The notes under the pieces are model-generated. The model worked only from the letters and a program-made list of their open reading frames with translations, had not been told where the DNA came from and ran no database searches. Made by a program: the position numbers and the translations under genes. Positions 8,787 through 19,200 of a stretch of DNA of 35,355 nt are shown piece after piece; position 1 is the first letter of the stretch; each line of letters begins with the position of its first letter. The DNA lies in the NCBI GenBank assembly GCA_046757665.1, contig JBHHYO010000021.1:1-35355 (forward strand), written 5' to 3'. The stretch comes from Nitrospinales bacterium. GTDB taxonomy: Bacteria; Nitrospinota; Nitrospinia; Nitrospinales; JAJDAT01.

Positions 8787-10496
8787 TCACGCTTTCGATG
8801 GGACGGTTTTGAGTTGTTCGCCGCGGTGGCCTTTCAGCACCTGCCAGGCCTCGCTACCGACGAACAGGGCCAGCCCGATGAGCAGTATCCCCAGACTGCC
8901 CAGAATGAGGTTGGGCACGGGGGAAACAAAAAACGTGTAGGACTGCCAGGCCAGGGCGCCTATGGTCGTGACGAGCATGAAGACCGCCGGGTAAAGGGTA
9001 TACGCGGTGGGCTTCTTCACTCCTATGAGGTAGGTGGAGACGACGAACAGGGCCACCGATGCGATCAGTTGGTTGGTCGCCCCGAATATGGGCCAGATTT
9101 TTTCCCACCCCTCGGTCGCTCCGATCAGATAGGCGCAAACGATGATGGCGGCGGTGGCAAAATATTTATTGTAAAACACCGGAAACCGGTCGCCGGCGGC
9201 CTCCTGAACGATGAAGCGGGTGATGCGTACGCAGGTGTCCAGCGTCGTCAGCACGAAGGTGTTGAGGGCGAGCACGGCGATCATCGAGGCGAAGGTGAAG
9301 CCGAGGGACGGAAGCATCTGGCTGACGACACTGCCGAATCCGTTGCCGAAGGCCAGAATCCATCCGCCGTTGCTCAAGGTTTCCCGGAATCCCAGGGTTG
9401 CCATGTCGATGTTGCCCGCCGCCGGGGCGACCCAGTACAATCCGCCACTGACCAGCAGGACGGTCACCACGGCGACGACGCCCTCGGTGAGCATCCCGCC
9501 GTAACTGATCAACCGGCCCTGTCCCTCGGCGGACAACTGTTTCGAGGTGGTGCCGCCCGCCACCAGGGAATGGAATCCGGACACCGCGCCGCAGGCGACC
9601 AGGACAAACAACATGGGCCAGATCGGTCCTTGCCCCTCGGAAAAAGCTCCCAGATAGGCCGGAGTGTTGAGGGACGGGCGCACCCATAACAGGGCGAAAA
9701 TACCCAGGGACATGGAGCCGAATAAAATGTAGGTCGAAAGATAATCGCGCGGTTGCAACAAAATTTGCACCGGCATCACCGACGCGACGGCGGCGTAAAT
9801 CAGAAGAAGCACGAACCAGAATACGAGCGGAGAGAATCCGGCAATGCCCTCTTGCGGAAGTTCCACCGGGAATTGAAAGCCGATATAGATGTTGAGCAGT
9901 ACCACACAAACCGCAACAAGCGAAGCGGCCGCCAGATTGCCGTTCTTTTTATAAATGACCCATCCCAGGATCATGGAGACGGGAATGATGGCGAAGGTCG
10001 GAACAACCATTTCCGGCTGGGCGATCAGGGTTTTTGCCGCAACGATCCCGAAAACGGCGATGACCAGCAGAAGCGCCAGCACCAGAAAGGCGGCGAACAC
10101 CATTTTGGCGCGTGTTCCCATGGCCGTTTCGGCGATGTCGGCAATGGAGCTTCCCCGGCTTCTCACGGAGATCATCAGGGTCAGGTAATCATGAACCGCG
10201 CCGATGAACACACTGCCGATCAGCACCCAGGCGATGGTGACGGCCCAGCCGAAATGTTGCATGGCGACGATCGGGCCGATGACCGGCCCGGCGCCGGCGA
10301 TGGAGGCGAAGTTGTGCCCGAACAGCACCAGCGGCTTGCTGGGCACGAAATCGACGCCGTCGTTGCGCGTGACGGCCGGGGTTTGCCGGGTGTTGTCCGG
10401 CTGAATGACGTTCCGGTCCAGCCGGCCCGCGTAATAGCGGTAGCCCACGAAGTAAAAAAACAGACAGGAAAAAACCAGAATGAAGATGGTCGGCAT
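8787..10496 (-). CDS. cstA: Carbon starvation protein A (peptide/pyruvate transporter family)
   Basis: Motifs DGVDFVP, LFGHNFASIAGAGPVIGP, GAVHDY, LLQPRDY, ACGAVSGFHSL and WPIFGATNQL. RBS GAAGGTG. Confidence 0.95.
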   Translation of the reverse strand: MPTIFILVFSCLFFYFVGYRYYAGRLDRNVIQPDNTRQTPAVTRNDGVDFVPSKPLVLFGHNFASIAGAGPVIGPIVAMQHFGWAVTIAWVLIGSVFIGAVHDYLTLMISVRSRGSSIADIAETAMGTRAKMVFAAFLVLALLLVIAVFGIVAAKTLIAQPEMVVPTFAIIPVSMILGWVIYKKNGNLAAASLVAVCVVLLNIYIGFQFPVELPQEGIAGFSPLVFWFVLLLIYAAVASVMPVQILLQPRDYLSTYILFGSMSLGIFALLWVRPSLNTPAYLGAFSEGQGPIWPMLFVLVACGAVSGFHSLVAGGTTSKQLSAEGQGRLISYGGMLTEGVVAVVTVLLVSGGLYWVAPAAGNIDMATLGFRETLSNGGWILAFGNGFGSVVSQMLPSLGFTFASMIAVLALNTFVLTTLDTCVRITRFIVQEAAGDRFPVFYNKYFATAAIIVCAYLIGATEGWEKIWPIFGATNQLIASVALFVVSTYLIGVKKPTAYTLYPAVFMLVTTIGALAWQSYTFFVSPVPNLILGSLGILLIGLALFVGSEAWQVLKGHRGEQLKTVPSKA

Positions 10497-10520
10497 GATT
10501 CACCTTCAAAAGAGGTGTCG

Positions 10521-10616
10521 CCCTTCGACGGGCTCAGGGTGACGCCATTTGTCACACCGAGATTGCCTTTGTCGTGTCGGGATGCCTCCGTCATGCTGAG
10601 CTTGTCGAAGCATGAC
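10521..10616. repeat. Inverted pair of REP-like palindromes with degenerate ~20-bp spacer units
   Basis: CCCTTCGACGGGCTCAGGGTGAC (10521-10543) is the reverse complement of GTCATGCTGAGCTTGTCGAAGCA (10590-10612) at 17 of 23 positions. Confidence 0.8.
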
Positions 10617-10639
10617 CTGGAATCAGTTACGACACAACT

Positions 10640-12237
<1,598 letters not shown>

Positions 12238-12310
12238 TTATAAATTCAATGGATCGGAAAAATCAGGTTGGCAACAGGGTGTCCTCGCTTCTCCCCGAAA
12301 TTGCGAGTTT

Positions 12311-12339
12311 ATTATCCTTGCCGCTCGGAACGTTGTCAA
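12311..12339 (-). promoter_or_regulatory. Sigma70-type promoter of purA
   Basis: Minus strand TTGACA-N17-GATAAT, about 100 nt upstream of the purA start. Confidence 0.7.
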
Positions 12340-12360
12340 CCGATATCCCGCGGGTCGGTG

Positions 12361-13722
12361 TTATGGCGAATCCAGAACGGCCCGGATACAGTCATACGCC
12401 GTGTCGATCATGATTTTGATTTCTTCCCTGGAGATGATCAGCGGCGGAATAAAATAAATGACGTTGCCCAGCGGGCGCATCAACACGCCGCGTTTCAAAC
12501 CTTCGAGATAGATTTGGTATCCGAGCCGCTTCTCGAGCGGGAAGGGTTCCCGGGTTTGCCTGTTTCGCGCCAGTTCGATGCGGGCGATCATTCCGGTTTG
12601 CCGGAACTCGCCGCACCATTTCAGCTCCCGCAACTTTTCGCCGTACTCGCCCATGAAGCGAATTTTAGGTTGCAGGCTTTCCAGGAATCCGTTTTCCCTT
12701 AACAGGGAAAACGTTTCATTAGCGCACGCGCAGGCCAGGGGGTTGGCGGTGTAACTGTGGCTGTGCAGAAACATTTTAAGGGACGGATACTCGCCATAAA
12801 AGGCTTGGAAAATCCGCTCTTCGGTAAGGGTCGCCGCCAGCGGGAGATAGCCGGACGTGATGGCCTTGGAAAGGCATAAAAAGGTCGGCCTGAGCCCGTG
12901 GGATTCGCAGACAAACAGGGCTCCGGCGCGGCCGAACCCTACGGCGATTTCGTCGTAAATGACGTGCGTGTCAAACGCGCCGCAAGCCTCCTGCAATTTT
13001 TTCAAATAGAGGGGCGGATACATTTTCATCCCCGCGGCGCCCTGAACGAGAGGTTCGACAATCACTGCGGCGACGCGGTTGTGATGGTCGTTCAACGCGG
13101 TTTCCATGCTTTCGAAGCACTCCGCCCGGCAGGTTTCGGGCGTCAGGTTGTAGGGGCAACGATAGCAGTCCGGTCCGGCAACCTCGATGTTTTGCGCGAG
13201 GGCCGTGTCGAATTTTTCGCGGAACAGGGGCAATCCGCAAACGGCGAGCGCGCCCAGGGTTTCCCCGTGGTAGGCTCCCTTGAGGTGGATGAAACGGGTG
13301 CGCCGTTCCTGGCCGGTTTGCCGCCAGTATTGCAGGCTCATTTTGAGGGCCACCTCGACCGAAGTCGAACCGTTGTCGGAAAAGAAGACGCGGGTCAGAT
13401 TGCCCGGCGTCGCCTCCACAAGCGCGTCCGCCAGCTCAATGGCCGGTTGATGGGTGACGCCCGCGAACATGACATGGGCCATTTTGCCGAGTTGCTGTGT
13501 TACGGCGGCATTGAGGCGTGGATGGTTATGCCCGAAAAGGTTCACCCACCACGAGGCGATGACATCCAGGTACGAGTTGTTTTCCCGGTCATAAAGGTAA
13601 ACCCCCTCGCCCCGTTCGATCAACAGGGGCGGAACGGTTTCGTGATCCTTCATTTGCGTGCAGGGATGCCAGATGGTGTTGAAATCGCGCGCCAGGCTGG
13701 GGTCCGTGGGTTTGGGGCTCAT
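12361..13722 (-). CDS. bioA: Adenosylmethionine-8-amino-7-oxononanoate transaminase
   Basis: Motifs IWHPCTQMKDHE, SWWVNLFGH, DNGSTSVEVALKM, YHGETLG, EPLVQGAAGM, DEIAVGFGR and PLP lysine in CLSK. The ATG at 13722 overlaps the upstream TGA, so the 614-aa ORF in the track is over-extended. Confidence 0.95.
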   Translation of the reverse strand: MSPKPTDPSLARDFNTIWHPCTQMKDHETVPPLLIERGEGVYLYDRENNSYLDVIASWWVNLFGHNHPRLNAAVTQQLGKMAHVMFAGVTHQPAIELADALVEATPGNLTRVFFSDNGSTSVEVALKMSLQYWRQTGQERRTRFIHLKGAYHGETLGALAVCGLPLFREKFDTALAQNIEVAGPDCYRCPYNLTPETCRAECFESMETALNDHHNRVAAVIVEPLVQGAAGMKMYPPLYLKKLQEACGAFDTHVIYDEIAVGFGRAGALFVCESHGLRPTFLCLSKAITSGYLPLAATLTEERIFQAFYGEYPSLKMFLHSHSYTANPLACACANETFSLLRENGFLESLQPKIRFMGEYGEKLRELKWCGEFRQTGMIARIELARNRQTREPFPLEKRLGYQIYLEGLKRGVLMRPLGNVIYFIPPLIISREEIKIMIDTAYDCIRAVLDSP

Positions 13723-14834
13723 AGGTTGTACCGGGCGGGAGAAAATTCCCGGATTTCCTCGGCAAGAGTTTCCAATACGGTGTCCGCCATGTAATCGGCC
13801 TGGTTGGGAGTTTGCAGAATGCCGTTGCGAAAGTGTCCGGTGGAATAATACAGATTGTCGAAGCGCGCGCTTTTGCCCATCACCGGCATGTGGTCCTCGG
13901 CGGCGGGGCGCAGGCCGGTCCAGGTTTCGGCGAGCGGAGCTTCCCGCAGGCAGGGGAGTACCGCCGCCGCGTTTTCGATCAACGCGCGGATCGCCCCTTC
14001 CTCTACTCGCGGGTCGAATCCGCGGTCTTCCATGGTGGAGCCAAGCACAAATCCGTGCCCGCCGCGCCAGGGCGCGATGTAGGTCAGAAATCCGTGAACC
14101 GTATAATCGAGGCGGTTGTCTTTCACCAGTAACCGGCACATTTGCCCCTTGATGGGTTTGAGGGGAAGCGTTACGCCGAGACCTTTCGCCAACTGGGTGG
14201 ACCAACTGCCGCCGGCGAGGACAAACTTTTTCCCGCGAACCGGTTCTCCCCCGCCGGTCAGGGCTTCGCCGATTGACGAGGCGTCGCGGGTGAACCCCGT
14301 TACGTTGCGGTTGATGATGTCGATTCCCAGTTTGCCGGAGGCGGCGGTCAGGGCGTCATGCAACTGCCGGTTGTTGACCTGCCCCTCGCCCACCCAGATC
14401 GCCGCGCCGCATTGGTCGGAGAGGTAGGGCATTTTCTTTTTCACCACGTCGGCGGGCCAGACTTCGTGGGGGATCCGCGTGTCCCGGAAAAATTTCAGGC
14501 GGTCGTCCCAGCGGTCTTTCGTCAGGCAATGCGGCATGATCGATCCGGCCATGGACAAGTAAATCCCGACTCCGCCGACCGCCGTCACTTCCTCCACGAA
14601 TTGGGGGTACTTGTCCAGCGATTCGCGGCAAAAGCGGAAGATGCGGTCGTCCCGGTCGTGCTCGCCAAAGGGAGCCAGCATTCCCGCGGCGGCGCGGGAG
14701 GCCATCAGCGAATTCATGGGATCGCCCAGCACGGCGAGGCGCAAATCCGCGGCGCGCCGCTTGAGGCGGAAGGCGATGCTGTGTCCGATCACCCCGGCGC
14801 CGATGATGACGATGTCGTATTGTCGGCGGTTCAT
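13719..14834 (-). CDS. thiO: Glycine oxidase ThiO-like FAD-dependent oxidoreductase
   Basis: GAGVIG dinucleotide motif, ASRAAAGMLAP, PIKGQ, VLGSTME, WTGLRP, GHFRNGIL. Confidence 0.8.
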   Translation of the reverse strand: MNRRQYDIVIIGAGVIGHSIAFRLKRRAADLRLAVLGDPMNSLMASRAAAGMLAPFGEHDRDDRIFRFCRESLDKYPQFVEEVTAVGGVGIYLSMAGSIMPHCLTKDRWDDRLKFFRDTRIPHEVWPADVVKKKMPYLSDQCGAAIWVGEGQVNNRQLHDALTAASGKLGIDIINRNVTGFTRDASSIGEALTGGGEPVRGKKFVLAGGSWSTQLAKGLGVTLPLKPIKGQMCRLLVKDNRLDYTVHGFLTYIAPWRGGHGFVLGSTMEDRGFDPRVEEGAIRALIENAAAVLPCLREAPLAETWTGLRPAAEDHMPVMGKSARFDNLYYSTGHFRNGILQTPNQADYMADTVLETLAEEIREFSPARYNL

Positions 14835-14842
14835 TTGTATTC

Positions 14843-14887
14843 ATTATACAAGAAGGCGGGCTGGCTTCAATCCGGACGGCTTCAATC
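14843..14887 (-). promoter_or_regulatory. Probable thiO-bioA promoter (near-leaderless) with a 10-bp direct repeat
   Basis: Minus strand TTGAAG-N16-TATAAT, then 8 nt to the ATG. GATTGAAGCC is repeated at 14863-14872 and 14878-14887. Confidence 0.5.
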
Positions 14888-14935
14888 GTTACACATTTGC
14901 CACCCGGTTTCTGGGCGGGTCTTCGAGCGAAATCG

Positions 14936-15028
14936 TTACTCGGGGTTTTTCCCCGACATAAAATAAAAGATTACGGCGATGGCGGCGATTCCCGCCAGGC
15001 CCGTCATTAAAATAGTGTGCAACTCCAC
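14936..15028 (-). CDS. Putative 30-aa single-TM small protein
   Basis: RBS GGGAGGT shortly before a GTG at 15028. Sequence MELHTILMTGLAGIAAIAVIFYFMSGKNPE. Confidence 0.5.
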   Translation of the reverse strand: MELHTILMTGLAGIAAIAVIFYFMSGKNPE

Positions 15029-15074
15029 GGCGCTACCTCCCGAAAAAAACAAAAATTGAAAAATACCTGCTCCG

Positions 15075-15266
15075 TTAAATGGGAATATCGTCAATATGGT
15101 CCGCGGCTTCATCAATGGCGTCATGGGCCGTGTTGCCGACGCCGGGAACGATGGAAACCACGGCGCCCCCAAGGCGCATGGGAGTCGATACCACCTTGGT
15201 CAGGACACAACCGCCAAGGGTGGGAATTAAAACCAGCAGACACAGAATCTTTTTTCCAAGTTTCAT
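15075..15266 (-). CDS. Small lipoprotein (resembles DUF6726)
   Basis: MKLGKKILCLLVLIPTLGG-C lipobox and mature part CVLTKVVSTPMRLGGAVVSIVPGVGNTAHDAID. The family name is from recall. Confidence 0.7.
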   Translation of the reverse strand: MKLGKKILCLLVLIPTLGGCVLTKVVSTPMRLGGAVVSIVPGVGNTAHDAIDEAADHIDDIPI

Positions 15267-15509
15267 GGCGACAACCCCCTTCATGGGAAATTACAGTTGG
15301 ATATTAAAGGCCGCAAACCGCCGGGACGGATCGGCCGGCCTGGCCCATCGGTAAACTACCCGAAAACCGGAAAAGATTCAAATGCAACATGATAATTCCA
15401 GCCGTTGGAATTATACTAATATTAGAGAATACATTGTTGCGCCCGGCAATTTCGGGAGGAAAGCGGCGTGGCGCGCCGCCGCTTGTCTGAAAAACATCCA
15501 GGACTCATC

Positions 15510-16376
15510 ATGCACCTGCTTTATCCCATTGCCAAACGATATATCGCCGGGGAGGACCTGCCCACGGTTTTGCGCTCCATCGGCGACCTGAACGGATCGG
15601 GGTTTCAGTCCTCGGTGGACATCCTGGGGGAGCATACCCTGACCGAGGAGCAAGCCGTAAATGCCAAGCAGGAATATCTCGACCTGTTGCGCGAGGTGGG
15701 GCAGGATTCTTATACGATGGATTTCTCCATCAAGCTGAGCCAGATGGGACTGGATATCAGCGAGGCGCTTTGCGTAAAAAACGTGACGGAAATTCTCGAG
15801 GCCGCCGGGCATCACAGCGTGCGTTTCGACATGGAAGGTTCGGATTCCACGCAACGCACTATCGACTTGTGCCTGGATTTGCACGAGACGCATAAAAATC
15901 TGGGCATCGCCTTGCAGGCTTATTTGTACCGAACGGAAGACGACGTGCGAACCATGATCCGCCATGGCGTGTCGGTTCGCCTGTGCAAGGGAGCTTACAA
16001 GGAAAACGCCGGAATCGCCTTTCAGTCCATGGACGACGTGCGCGCGCATTTCCTGAAACTGGCTTGTCTCCTGCTGAAAGAGGGGTATTTGCCCGCCATG
16101 GCCACGCACGACGAGTACCTGATCCGGAAAATCCTGAAATTCATCGCCAGGGAAAAAATCGATCCCCGGAGCTTTTATTTTGAGATGTTGTACGGCGTTC
16201 GCCGTGACCTGCAAAAGATTTTGCTGGAAAAAGGCTACCAGACCCGGATTTACGTTCCTTACGGGAAATCCTGGTTGCCTTACACGTTGAGGCGGCTGGC
16301 GGAGCGCAAGGAAAACATTCTTTTCGTCATCAAGCACCTCTTCCGCGAGACCCTGGGCTTGCAGAAAATAAAGTGA
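15510..16376 (+). CDS. Monofunctional proline dehydrogenase
   Basis: Motifs RYIAGE, DILGE, SIKLSQMG, DMEGS, ALQAYLYRT, RLCKGAY, ATHD, EMLYG and YVPYG..W.PY..RRLAER. Confidence 0.93.
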   Translation: MHLLYPIAKRYIAGEDLPTVLRSIGDLNGSGFQSSVDILGEHTLTEEQAVNAKQEYLDLLREVGQDSYTMDFSIKLSQMGLDISEALCVKNVTEILEAAGHHSVRFDMEGSDSTQRTIDLCLDLHETHKNLGIALQAYLYRTEDDVRTMIRHGVSVRLCKGAYKENAGIAFQSMDDVRAHFLKLACLLLKEGYLPAMATHDEYLIRKILKFIAREKIDPRSFYFEMLYGVRRDLQKILLEKGYQTRIYVPYGKSWLPYTLRRLAERKENILFVIKHLFRETLGLQKIK

Positions 16377-16403
16377 GCCGGCAGGCGGGCTTTTGATCTC
16401 TTT

Positions 16404-17732
16404 TCAGGAATGTTTGCCGCCACGCCGGATCTGGATGCCCAGCGCCAGAAGTTTTTCAAGGAAAATCGAATTTTTCTGGAAAAGCCGCATGGTGTGGGAA
16501 GCGACGACGCAAGCCGTCAGTGCGGGCAGAATCAGGGAATAACCGCCGGTGAATTCCACCAGCATCATGACATTGGTCAAGGGAGCCTGCATGACGGCCC
16601 CGGCAACGGCCCCCATGCCGACGATGGCGTAGGTTTCCGCGGCCAGTTCGGGGAAAAGGGCATGTATTGCCGTGCCGCAGGCGCCGCCGGTCAGCAGGCC
16701 CATGAACAGCGACGGCGCCAGGATGCCGCCCAGCCCTCTCGACCCCAGCGTGGCGGAAGTCGCGAAAATTTTCAGCACCACCAGCCCCAGGGCCCAGCCC
16801 CAGAAAAGCTCCTCGTTTAAAGCCTGTTGCATGAAATCGTAACCACTGCCCAGAATCTGTGGCGCGGCAACAGACAGGACGCCGACAAGCAGGCCCCCCA
16901 GCGCCGGCCGCAGGCCGGGAGGGATGGGGCATTCGTCAAAAAAATGCTCGGTGCGGAAATAAACCTTGATGAACAACGCCGCCACCAGGCCGCAAACGGC
17001 GCCCAGCAGGATATAAAAAACAATTTCTCCATAATTCGCCCATTCGGCAATGGAAATTTGAAAGATCGGCTGGTTGCCTTCCAGGCTCCGGCTGATCATC
17101 GCTCCCAGAACGGCGGAAATGGCGATGGGACTGAAGGTGTGCAGGCGGTAGTCCCGGAGGATGACTTCCAGGGTAAACAAAATCCCGAACAGGGGGGCGT
17201 TGAATGTCGCGGCGATACCGGCGGACGCGCCGCAACCGACGAATATCCGCAAGCGTTCCGGAGGCTGGGAAAACAGTTGTCCCAGGCGCGAGCCGATGGC
17301 CGAGCCGATCTGCACCATGGGGCCGTGCCGCCCCGCCGCCCCGCCGGAACCGATGGTGACGGCCGAGTTGGCGGCGCAGACAAGAATGGTTCCGCCGCCG
17401 ATTTTGCTGTCTTTGCGAGCGATGCTGTGGATAACGGCGTGAACGCCGTTTTCCTCGACGGCGCGCGGAATGAAACGGCAAATCGCGCCGACAATCAATC
17501 CCCCAAACATGGGCATGAGAGGCAGAAGCACGAAATGAATATCGGCGGGTATGCCGAGAGAGGAAAGCCCGTCGGCGGAAAACGCCCTGCCGGACAAGTC
17601 GAGCATCCAGAGAAAAACACTGGACGCGCCGCCCACCAGAGCCCCGATCAACACCGCCAGCACCGGCGTGTTATAGTCCATCGTCACCGCGGGTTTTCCG
17701 GCGCTGGTTTGAGCTTTTCGATTTTCGGGCAT
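16404..17732 (-). CDS. ClC chloride channel/transporter family protein, atypical and without CBS domains
   Basis: Motifs TIGSGGAAGRHGPMVQIG, GASAGIAATFNAPLFGILFTLEV, LGSGY, GGILAPSLFMG, VGMGA and APLTNVMMLVEFTG. Confidence 0.9.
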   Translation of the reverse strand: MPENRKAQTSAGKPAVTMDYNTPVLAVLIGALVGGASSVFLWMLDLSGRAFSADGLSSLGIPADIHFVLLPLMPMFGGLIVGAICRFIPRAVEENGVHAVIHSIARKDSKIGGGTILVCAANSAVTIGSGGAAGRHGPMVQIGSAIGSRLGQLFSQPPERLRIFVGCGASAGIAATFNAPLFGILFTLEVILRDYRLHTFSPIAISAVLGAMISRSLEGNQPIFQISIAEWANYGEIVFYILLGAVCGLVAALFIKVYFRTEHFFDECPIPPGLRPALGGLLVGVLSVAAPQILGSGYDFMQQALNEELFWGWALGLVVLKIFATSATLGSRGLGGILAPSLFMGLLTGGACGTAIHALFPELAAETYAIVGMGAVAGAVMQAPLTNVMMLVEFTGGYSLILPALTACVVASHTMRLFQKNSIFLEKLLALGIQIRRGGKHS

Positions 17733-17871
17733 GGTCCCGGCGTTTCAATTTAAATGGAGTTATTATATAGAAAGCCGCTCTCAATGAAATGGGAAAAATT
17801 CCGGGATTGTGTTATTCTTCCCTCGCTTGATCTGTTTTTTATTGGCTGAATGTCTTGAGAGAGCAAAGTAC

Positions 17872-18519
17872 ATGGTGAAAATTGCGCCTTCCATCCTCTC
17901 CGCGGATTTCGGCAAGCTGGGGGATGAAATCCGGGCGGTCGAAAAGGCCGGCGCGGATTGGATTCATATTGATGTGATGGACGGTCATTTCGTCCCCAAC
18001 CTCACCGTGGGGCCCGCGGTTGTGGAAGCGGTCAACCAGGCGACGGACCTGCCTCTCGACGTGCATTTGATGATCGAGAACCCCGACAAGTACGTCGGCG
18101 AGTTCGTCGAGGCGGGGGCGGACATCCTTACCGTGCACGTGGAGGCGTGTGCCCACCTCAACCGCTCCATTCAAAACATCAAGGACCATAAAGTCCGGGC
18201 CGGCGTGGTGGTGAATCCGGCGACTTCGCTGTCCCTGCTGGAGGAAATCATCAATGACGTGGACCTGGTTCTGCTGATGTCGGTGAATCCCGGTTTCGGG
18301 GGGCAAAAATTCATCCCGTCGGTGCTCGATAAAATCCAGTGCCTGCGCGAAATCATTGATGCCTGCGGAGGCGGGATCGACCTGGAAGTGGACGGTGGCA
18401 TTACCACGGAGAACGTGCGGTCGATCAAGGAAGCCGGAGCCAATGTGCTGGTGGCCGGTTCGGCCATTTTCAACGGTAAAAATTACAAGAAAACCATTGC
18501 GAAACTGCGGAGCGCTTGA
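17872..18519 (+). CDS. rpe: Ribulose-phosphate 3-epimerase
   Basis: Motifs IAPSILSADF, HIDVMDGHFVPNLT, DVHLMI, MSVNPGFGGQKF, EVDGG and VAGSAIF. Confidence 0.98.
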   Translation: MVKIAPSILSADFGKLGDEIRAVEKAGADWIHIDVMDGHFVPNLTVGPAVVEAVNQATDLPLDVHLMIENPDKYVGEFVEAGADILTVHVEACAHLNRSIQNIKDHKVRAGVVVNPATSLSLLEEIINDVDLVLLMSVNPGFGGQKFIPSVLDKIQCLREIIDACGGGIDLEVDGGITTENVRSIKEAGANVLVAGSAIFNGKNYKKTIAKLRSA

Positions 18520-18601
18520 AAGGCTCTCCGGTTCGGGTTTCATGATGCCGGAGCGGCGGCTTGGTTTTCCCGCGTCCGGGGAAATTATTTTGGGATTTCG
18601 C

Positions 18602-18631
18602 TTGATATTGGCGCGCGAAAGACGCTAGACT
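18602..18631 (+). promoter_or_regulatory. Possible sigma70 promoter of tatA
   Basis: TTGATA-N18-TAGACT, about 100 nt upstream of tatA. Confidence 0.35.
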
Positions 18632-18729
18632 GCCTTATCGGCTTGTTTCATAAGCGGGAGTTGCTATTCGGGCGGCGGACGCGGCTCGTTTGATTTTACG
18701 ATCACGTTTTTGTGAGGGGATTTTTCGCC

Positions 18730-19134
18730 ATGATGGGAATAGGTTTTCCGGAATTAATGATCATTCTGGTCATTATCATGATTATTTTCGGCGCCGGTAA
18801 GTTGCCGGAGATCGGCAGTGCGTTTGGCCGCAGTATCAAGAATTTCAAAAAATCCATGAAGGAGGCCGAGAGCGAGGACGTCAAACTCGACGATGGCGCG
18901 GCGGGCGAAGACGCCCAGGCCCAGTTGCAGGAAAGCCAAAACACCAAGGAGTTGACCCCCGAGGAAAAAGAAGAGCGGGAACGGCTGGCCCGCGAAAAAC
19001 TGCAAGCCGAGCTGGACGCGCGGGACAAGAAACGGGAAGACGAGGCCGCCGCGTTTACGGCATCATTGCCCAAAAAGGGCAGTTACGATTTCGCCAAGGA
19101 CCAGGCCGATCAGGAAGCGAAAAAGAAGGTTTGA
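18730..19134 (+). CDS. tatA: Twin-arginine translocase TatA/E subunit
   Basis: [41 protein letters not shown] followed by a long charged tail. Confidence 0.93.
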   Translation: MMGIGFPELMIILVIIMIIFGAGKLPEIGSAFGRSIKNFKKSMKEAESEDVKLDDGAAGEDAQAQLQESQNTKELTPEEKEERERLAREKLQAELDARDKKREDEAAAFTASLPKKGSYDFAKDQADQEAKKKV

Positions 19135-19200
19135 CGGACGGCAAGCATTCCAGCTCCGCGTTCCGGCCAGTCGGCGCGGCTGGGAATACCCTCAGCGGGT

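Noticed and set aside
10544..10616. Mini CRISPR array
   Set aside because: The units are degenerate, about 20 nt, have no unique spacers, and no cas genes are present. It fits a REP-like cluster better.
13723..14205. Apparent 161-aa N-terminal extension or fusion on BioA
   Set aside because: It overlaps thiO in another frame. The ATG at 13722 gives a normal-length BioA with ATGA coupling.
15300..15375. c-di-GMP-I riboswitch-like fragments (GCAAAC; GGTAG..TTACCGATGG on the minus strand)
   Set aside because: The fragments lie on opposite strands and the GNRA tetraloop/receptor architecture is missing.
18600..18630. Sigma54 promoter (TTGGCGC...GC) upstream of tatA
   Set aside because: The GG-to-GC spacing is 12 nt rather than the required 10.
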